From: Candidatus Poribacteria bacterium
Lineage (GTDB): Bacteria > Poribacteria > WGA-4E > WGA-3G
Assembly (NCBI GenBank): GCA_963665235.2
Contig: CAXXLX010000001.1
Span: forward strand, 3,296,001 to 3,360,000
Length of the DNA stretch: 64,000 bases
Reading direction: 5' to 3'
Within the stretch, counting starts at the first letter, position 1. Every line of letters begins with the position of its first letter. Shown one piece after another: positions 58,289 through 64,000 of this stretch. A model generated the notes under the pieces. That model was not told where the DNA came from and did no database searches. It was given only the letters and a program-made list of their open reading frames with translations. The translations under genes were made by a program, and so were the position numbers.

Positions 58289-60169
58289 CTAGAGATGCTT
58301 TCGGATGTTCTCAGCAACCCGCCGCGGAATCCCTTTTACAGAGAGGAGCTCATCTAAAGTCGCGTGCCGAATTGCGTCAACGGAGCCAAATTTCTGTAGC
58401 AATGCCTGTTTTCGTTTCGGTCCGATGTTCGGAATTTCGTCAAGCACGGATGCACTCAGTGATTTCTTTCGGAGCTGCCGGTGGTAGGTAATTGCGAACC
58501 GATGTGCCTCATCTCGCAAACGTTGAATCATGTGCAGAGTCGGGTTATCCTCTCGTAGGACAATCGGGTCCGATTTCCCTGGGACGAAAATTTCCTCGAC
58601 TCGCTTTGCCAATGCAATAAGCGGAATCTCTGTTGGCACCGGTTTCAAATTCGCTTCGGCAAATGTTTTTAGGGCATCCATCGCTGCATGCAGTTGTCCC
58701 TTTCCGCCATCAATCAGAATCAGGTCTGGCAATTTGCTAAATTTTGCATCTTGTGCAACTGCCCGTTGAAATCTACGCGTCAAGACTTCGGTCATCATTG
58801 CGAAATCGTTTTGCCCATCAACCGTGCGAATTTTAAAACGGCGGTATTCCGATGAGGTGGGTTGTCCCTCTTCCAAAACTACCATCGACCCGACAGCGAA
58901 CCTATCGCCGAGATTAGATATATCATAAGCTTCAATACGTCTTAGCGGGTGTGGCAACTGCAGCAGTTCTTGGAGCTCAACGAGGGCGGGATGCACATCG
59001 CTGCTATAAACGACGTTCTGTTCCCGCTGTGTTAGGAGAATTTCAGCGTTCTTCGTTGCCAACTTATGCAATTTTCTGAGCCTGCCAGCCTTCGGTACAT
59101 GCAATACCACACGGCTCCCCCGTTTCTCGCTTAACCACTCCTCAAGCAGCTCCCCCGACTCAATTGACGTTGGCAAAACAATCGTCTTCGGAACAAAAAC
59201 CGCATTCTGATAATACTGTGAAATGAAAGCACTTAACGCAGGGGACAGTGATTCAGAGTGGACATCGTTCAGATAATAATGTTCACGTTCAAGCAGCTTG
59301 CCATCCCTCACCCGCAATACCTGTACACAAGCGATATCTCCCAGCCGGGCTTGTAGGTTTTCATGTTGAGAAGCCATTGCAATTCCGATGATATCCTCAT
59401 CCGCAGCGGAAACACTATCCAAACTCTGCTTTGCAATGGCTTGTTGGACATCGTTTAGCGTATCCCGATATCGTGCTGCAGCCTCAAAATCGAGTGCTTC
59501 TGCCGCTGCTGTCATCTGCTCTGTTAGTTCTTCAACGACAGTGTCTGTATTTCCACTCAAGCACTGACAAACTTTCTGAACGATTGCGTTATAATCTTGA
59601 ACGTCAATTTTATCAGCACAGGGGCCGGCACATCGTCCGATGTGATAATCTAAGCAGACTCGGTAGGGGTTACCTGTCTCCTCAAGCGGCAGGTTGCAGG
59701 TCCGGATAGGAAACAATTTGGTGAGCTGTTTCAGGGTCTGCCGTGTTGAACGGACGTGAACAAAGGGGCCGAAGTACCGTGTGCCATCATTTTCCGCGTT
59801 GCGCGTAATGTGAATTCGGGGGAACGGTTCATTCACCGTTATCCGTAGATAAGGGTACCGTTTGTCATCCTTCAGTTTCACATTATAGCGTGGCTGATGT
59901 GCTTTAATCAGGTTATTCTCTAAAATCAGTGCCTCTATTTCTGTATCTGTTACGATATAATCGATATCTGTCACATATCGCATCATCTGGACTGTCAGTG
60001 CATTTGATGCCTTTTCCCGAAAATAGGAGCGGACACGACTCCGTAACCGCACCGCCTTGCCGACATAGATAATCGCGCCATCGGAGGCTTTCATAAGGTA
60101 AACCCCCGGCGTATCCGGCAGAGATTGCCACAGTTCAGGAATATCCTTATCACGGGGTTTTGTCTTCAT
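58289..60169 (-). CDS. uvrC: Excinuclease ABC subunit C
   Basis: GIY-YIG PGVYLM..IYVGKA, RIEAYDIS, LIDGGKGQ, RDEAHRFA, HhH2. Confidence 0.97.
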   Translation of the reverse strand: MKTKPRDKDIPELWQSLPDTPGVYLMKASDGAIIYVGKAVRLRSRVRSYFREKASNALTVQMMRYVTDIDYIVTDTEIEALILENNLIKAHQPRYNVKLKDDKRYPYLRITVNEPFPRIHITRNAENDGTRYFGPFVHVRSTRQTLKQLTKLFPIRTCNLPLEETGNPYRVCLDYHIGRCAGPCADKIDVQDYNAIVQKVCQCLSGNTDTVVEELTEQMTAAAEALDFEAAARYRDTLNDVQQAIAKQSLDSVSAADEDIIGIAMASQHENLQARLGDIACVQVLRVRDGKLLEREHYYLNDVHSESLSPALSAFISQYYQNAVFVPKTIVLPTSIESGELLEEWLSEKRGSRVVLHVPKAGRLRKLHKLATKNAEILLTQREQNVVYSSDVHPALVELQELLQLPHPLRRIEAYDISNLGDRFAVGSMVVLEEGQPTSSEYRRFKIRTVDGQNDFAMMTEVLTRRFQRAVAQDAKFSKLPDLILIDGGKGQLHAAMDALKTFAEANLKPVPTEIPLIALAKRVEEIFVPGKSDPIVLREDNPTLHMIQRLRDEAHRFAITYHRQLRKKSLSASVLDEIPNIGPKRKQALLQKFGSVDAIRHATLDELLSVKGIPRRVAENIRKHL

Positions 60170-60300
60170 CGTTCCTGCCTCTTTGTCGGTTGGCGGGACG
60201 CATTAGGGTTGCAGCTCCTAGATGTCGGATATCTCGTTTGTTCAAGCCTGACCTACGAGAATCGAACCTTTGCATAAATTGCCTGCACAGATAATTCGAG

Positions 60301-60414
60301 AATTGGCAATTAGCAATTAGCAATTAGCGATTAGCAAGAGGTTTATGATTCTAATACACGTTTTGACGCACATCAGAACTCTCTTTCTCTTGACAACGGT
60401 TTCCAATAGCCAAT
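60301..60414 (+). repeat. Interspersed heptamer element (copy 4)
   Basis: (GCAATTA)n GCAAGAGGTTTATGATTCTAA...CTCTTTCTCTTG...GGTTTCCAATAGCCAAT. Confidence 0.7.
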
Positions 60415-60422
60415 CTATCTTG

Positions 60423-61124
60423 CTATATTTTCTCATATACTGCCCGGTAGATGTCTCGACCTTCCGAGCGATATTTCATCTCAAAATTAGTGGCAATATG
60501 CTCATAACCACTACTTAAATTCAGCGGAACGGGCTGTAACGGTGTCAACTGTGAAAGTCGCTCGCGGATTTCGCTGAAATATTCTGCATAATCTGTAGCG
60601 ATATAAAGCTTTCCGCTGTCTGGGGTGAGCGTTCGCGTCACCGCTGCGAGAAAATCCTGATTCCGAAATATTCTCCGTTTTCGCTGACGTTTCTTGGGCC
60701 ACGGGTCGGGAAAATAGATATGATAGGCTTGCACAGATTCGATAGGCACATATCGGGTCAAAAAATAGTTCGCATCTGTCCAGGCGAGTCGGACGTTGGT
60801 GAATGTGCCTGATGCCTTGTCCACAGAAAAATGCCGGATATATTTCTCAAACCGTTCCTGTGTGAACATCACGTACTTCTGTGCACGTTCCACGCCGATA
60901 TAGTTAACCGTTGGATGCTGTACTGCAGCTTCAAGCAGGAATTTGCCCTTGCCCGAGCCGATTTCGATTTCCACCGGATGCGGATTGCCGAAGAACGTTT
61001 CCCAGTCAATCGGCGCGTGAAACTCACGCAGCGCAATTTCGCTCCCTCGAACAATGTCAATTATCTGAGAATGCCTCGTTGTATTCTGATAGTAGATGTC
61101 GTTGTAACGTGGTTCTTCGTTCAT
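60423..61124 (-). CDS. trmB: tRNA (guanine-N7)-methyltransferase
   Basis: EIEIGSGKG, FPDPWPKKR, ATD, TNFE. Confidence 0.93.
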   Translation of the reverse strand: MNEEPRYNDIYYQNTTRHSQIIDIVRGSEIALREFHAPIDWETFFGNPHPVEIEIGSGKGKFLLEAAVQHPTVNYIGVERAQKYVMFTQERFEKYIRHFSVDKASGTFTNVRLAWTDANYFLTRYVPIESVQAYHIYFPDPWPKKRQRKRRIFRNQDFLAAVTRTLTPDSGKLYIATDYAEYFSEIRERLSQLTPLQPVPLNLSSGYEHIATNFEMKYRSEGRDIYRAVYEKI

Positions 61125-61882
61125 AGCTCGCCACTTAAAAATTTATGCTGATGTGTCTTAACGAGGTTATCTTGCGGCTTATACCCTAATACCTCAACCG
61201 CGCCGCTTATATCCAGATAACTCTGCTGATACCCATCCGTATTTGCGGAACGTCCGTAAGTGATTAGGTATTTGACGGGCCCCTCGTAATCTACCGCGCA
61301 CTGAAAAAGTTGGACGCAATCTCGTGGTGTCAACAAGGTGCTACAGTGTCGAAGGCTATTCGGCTCTGAAGTGCCGTTGAAACTGCCAATTCGGATGCTA
61401 ATGAACCGCATATCGTGTGCATCAACTAGATAGCGTCCAGCAATTTCCGCCATGCCCTTCATCGCACCGTACCAGCCATCCGGACGAAACTGTGCACCAG
61501 TAGAAAAACGGGGTGGCGAACTTAACCGCTCGTTCCATCCAGAGACGTGATTCGTGCTTGCGTATACAATCTTCTGAACCCCCGCCTCTTGTGCCGCCTC
61601 AAACAACGTCATTGACGCGCCGATGTCGCTCACTTCCCCGGGAACCTTCCCGAGTGAATTTTGGCGTATGTAAGCGAGATGCACCAAAACATCTTGGTCG
61701 TTACACAATTCCCGCATGACAGCATAGTCCCGAATATCTGCTTGTACCACGTGAGATACGGCACCAACAATCGGGTCAATATCCATCAACGTTAGCGTAT
61801 AGATGCCTTGTTCTTCCCAAGCTTTCCATAGGGCAGTGCCAACTGTTCCCGCTGCCCCTGTGATGAGCACACGCTTCTTCAT
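61121..61882 (-). CDS. NAD-dependent epimerase/dehydratase (uronate dehydrogenase-like SDR)
   Basis: ITGAAGTVG, ASTNH, YGAMK (YxxxK), IRIGS. Confidence 0.85.
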   Translation of the reverse strand: MKKRVLITGAAGTVGTALWKAWEEQGIYTLTLMDIDPIVGAVSHVVQADIRDYAVMRELCNDQDVLVHLAYIRQNSLGKVPGEVSDIGASMTLFEAAQEAGVQKIVYASTNHVSGWNERLSSPPRFSTGAQFRPDGWYGAMKGMAEIAGRYLVDAHDMRFISIRIGSFNGTSEPNSLRHCSTLLTPRDCVQLFQCAVDYEGPVKYLITYGRSANTDGYQQSYLDISGAVEVLGYKPQDNLVKTHQHKFLSGEL

Positions 61883-61883
61883 G

Positions 61884-64000
61884 CTACTGCTCCGCCATAT
61901 TCAACGCCTCTAGAATTTGTGCACGCATTACCTGCGGTTCCGCAATGGGTTGAACGTAGAACCGGTCAACCGCTTGTCCGCCTAAGACAGAGCATTTGCA
62001 CATCTCAACGTTCAACTCCAATTTCGCCAGAATTCCACTGAAATAGTGTAGAAACCCTATCCGTTCCTCACCCTTGACGACAATTTCTGCATAGTTTCGT
62101 GTCATCTCCACGGTAACGTCGTCAACGCGCCAGGTGCCCCCTGGCGTGACATAGTGTTTCTCAAAAACCTGCTCAAGCGTTACCTCTTGGGCCATCAGAC
62201 TACGTATGTCAAAATCAAGGTTCCGTTTCAATTCTTCGTCAAGTGGCATGGATTCACCGCTGCTATGTGGGGGTTGATGCTCTAATCGATAAATTTCCAA
62301 CTCTACGTTGGTATCCTGTTTTGTGTAGATACGTGCATCCTGTACATCAATATTGTTTGCAAAAAATAGTCCACTCACTGTGTGTAGCTTGCCAATTCGG
62401 CTCCGACTACAAAGATGCAACTCGGTAAACCCTGGCTTATCGACAAATTGGATAATAGCTGCATCGGCTGTTGTTTCCGTGGCCCCGGGAGCTCCCCCTT
62501 CTACCTGTGTAGTCATCTTAATATGCATTGCAATTTCTTCAGGGGCAACGCCAATACGGTAAGAGACCGGCATCTGTTGCAGAAATTGCTGAAATTCTTC
62601 TTGCGATGCATAGAGCCCCCACTGTGATTCTTCCTGTCCCACAAAACGTGTTCGGGCAACTTCATACAATCTTTTCAGGTTATGTTTAACTAAATTGCTG
62701 AAGTTTTGCGAACCGTTCGCTTTTGAATCACAATACGTTAGTAGGTAAAGGGCTGTCAACCGTTCCAACGAATTAACTTTTTGGCAAAACTCAGAGATAG
62801 TGCTTTCATCCCATTGATGATATCTCGCCAAATTAATCATCGTAAGATGTTCCCGAATCAGAAAACAGATGTCATCTGTCTGTTGCGGTCTAAATCCAAA
62901 CTCCGGGGCAATACGTTCCGCTTTCTTCGCACCTGTTTCGGGATGACTCGGATCGGGTTTATCAATATCGTGTAGGAAAAGTGCCATGTAGAGCGGGGCA
63001 GCATCGGAAAGGGAACGGAAGGCGGTGTTTAGTTCCTCTAACTCCGAACCTGGAGATGACGACACCGGCAGTGTTGGACGCATACCACCGAACGGACTAC
63101 TTGACTCTGTTTGACGAATTTCATCAAGATAGGCAATCGCGGTGAGGGTGTGTTTTCCCACGGTATAAGGATCAAGACTTCGTTCACTCCGCGTCAGCAT
63201 CGCTTTTTCAAAACGCTCCCCCCCTTCCCCAAGCCGAGACAGAATGCCGAGCCGGTGCAGACGCGTTAAACTCTTTGCGACATCCCCAGGCGTTCTCATA
63301 AGTTCTGCCATCCGGCTCCGGAAACTTTCCCAGTCAAACGCATCGACATAAGCGAAAATAAAGGTTGCCAGCGAGGCATCAATTTCAAAATCATACTGCT
63401 GAAAGTAGCTAAACAGCTTAAAGAGCTCACCGGTGTCAAGTTCTCCGAAGTTATTATCAATACAGTAAAGCAGGTCTCTCCTGACCCCTAGCACATCGGA
63501 GACAGGTATGCCGTTTGCAAGAAATTTCCGAATTAGGAGCTCCGCCTTGAAATGCAGGTATTTCGCCTTAGCATAGTAATCCGCCATAAATTGGTAACGG
63601 CACTCCCCATTTTCACCCGGATACTCCAATGCGGCGGCGATTTGCGACTGTAGCTCATCCCCCTGCTCCGGATGATAGGTAAGTTCATCATGCGGGGAAT
63701 CCGCTAAAACATGAAGCAGATTGCGTACCTTGAACACAAAATCGAGAGAGGGCATCAATTGCTCGTCATCATACCGCACATAAAGGTCCGGAATTGAGGT
63801 AAAATCCGCGAGTCCACACATCCATAACGCATACTGAAGTGTTCGTAATCCGCCTCGGCCCGTTTTCACATCCGGTTGGTTTAGGTAGATAGTATCCTCG
63901 GCTGCTGCAAAGGAGTCCGCTTTTGATTTAAGCAGGTCTAGCACAAGCGAAATATCCGATTTTTCGGATCGAACCGCTTTCCGAAACTGCTCTGTCAGCC
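61884..64000 (-). CDS. glnD: GlnD-like [protein-PII] uridylyltransferase, 5' part outside the window
   Basis: PDVKTGRGGLR, YTVGKHT, HD domain (LHDIDK, HLTM), two C-terminal ACT domains. Confidence 0.75.
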   Translation of the reverse strand, partial: LTEQFRKAVRSEKSDISLVLDLLKSKADSFAAAEDTIYLNQPDVKTGRGGLRTLQYALWMCGLADFTSIPDLYVRYDDEQLMPSLDFVFKVRNLLHVLADSPHDELTYHPEQGDELQSQIAAALEYPGENGECRYQFMADYYAKAKYLHFKAELLIRKFLANGIPVSDVLGVRRDLLYCIDNNFGELDTGELFKLFSYFQQYDFEIDASLATFIFAYVDAFDWESFRSRMAELMRTPGDVAKSLTRLHRLGILSRLGEGGERFEKAMLTRSERSLDPYTVGKHTLTAIAYLDEIRQTESSSPFGGMRPTLPVSSSPGSELEELNTAFRSLSDAAPLYMALFLHDIDKPDPSHPETGAKKAERIAPEFGFRPQQTDDICFLIREHLTMINLARYHQWDESTISEFCQKVNSLERLTALYLLTYCDSKANGSQNFSNLVKHNLKRLYEVARTRFVGQEESQWGLYASQEEFQQFLQQMPVSYRIGVAPEEIAMHIKMTTQVEGGAPGATETTADAAIIQFVDKPGFTELHLCSRSRIGKLHTVSGLFFANNIDVQDARIYTKQDTNVELEIYRLEHQPPHSSGESMPLDEELKRNLDFDIRSLMAQEVTLEQVFEKHYVTPGGTWRVDDVTVEMTRNYAEIVVKGEERIGFLHYFSGILAKLELNVEMCKCSVLGGQAVDRFYVQPIAEPQVMRAQILEALNMAEQ

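Overview
A gene-dense bacterial window. The lineage is probably Candidatus Poribacteria-like, inferred from PhyH, LamG, TolB-like and giant TPR proteins and a shared C-terminal V-x-P-x-x-K-x-x-x-W-G-x-[LI]-K motif. Housekeeping genes (mutY, rtcB, thrS, cysteine desulfurase, uvrC, trmB, glnD-like, tRNA-Asn) are interspersed with many non-autonomous mobile DNAs, and no intact transposase is present. The most notable items are: (1) a 500-bp IS200/IS605-ended element at 46011-46510 with no transposase or TnpB gene, but with a consensus promoter in front of a roughly 390-nt hairpin-rich RNA ending at a TnpB-type right end; (2) a family of Mutator/IS256-like terminal inverted repeats, one pair with a perfect 9-bp target duplication around two opposed REP-like arrays (30933-32314) and another pair around a two-gene secreted-protein/TolB-like cassette (24785-27117); (3) a 65-bp tandem repeat that forms a chain of three translationally coupled 22-aa uORFs leading into an ABC permease; (4) two sigma-54 promoters sharing an identical 18-bp upstream site; (5) a 3399-aa TPR/LamG exported protein. 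All functional calls are motif recognition by eye; no database searches were run.
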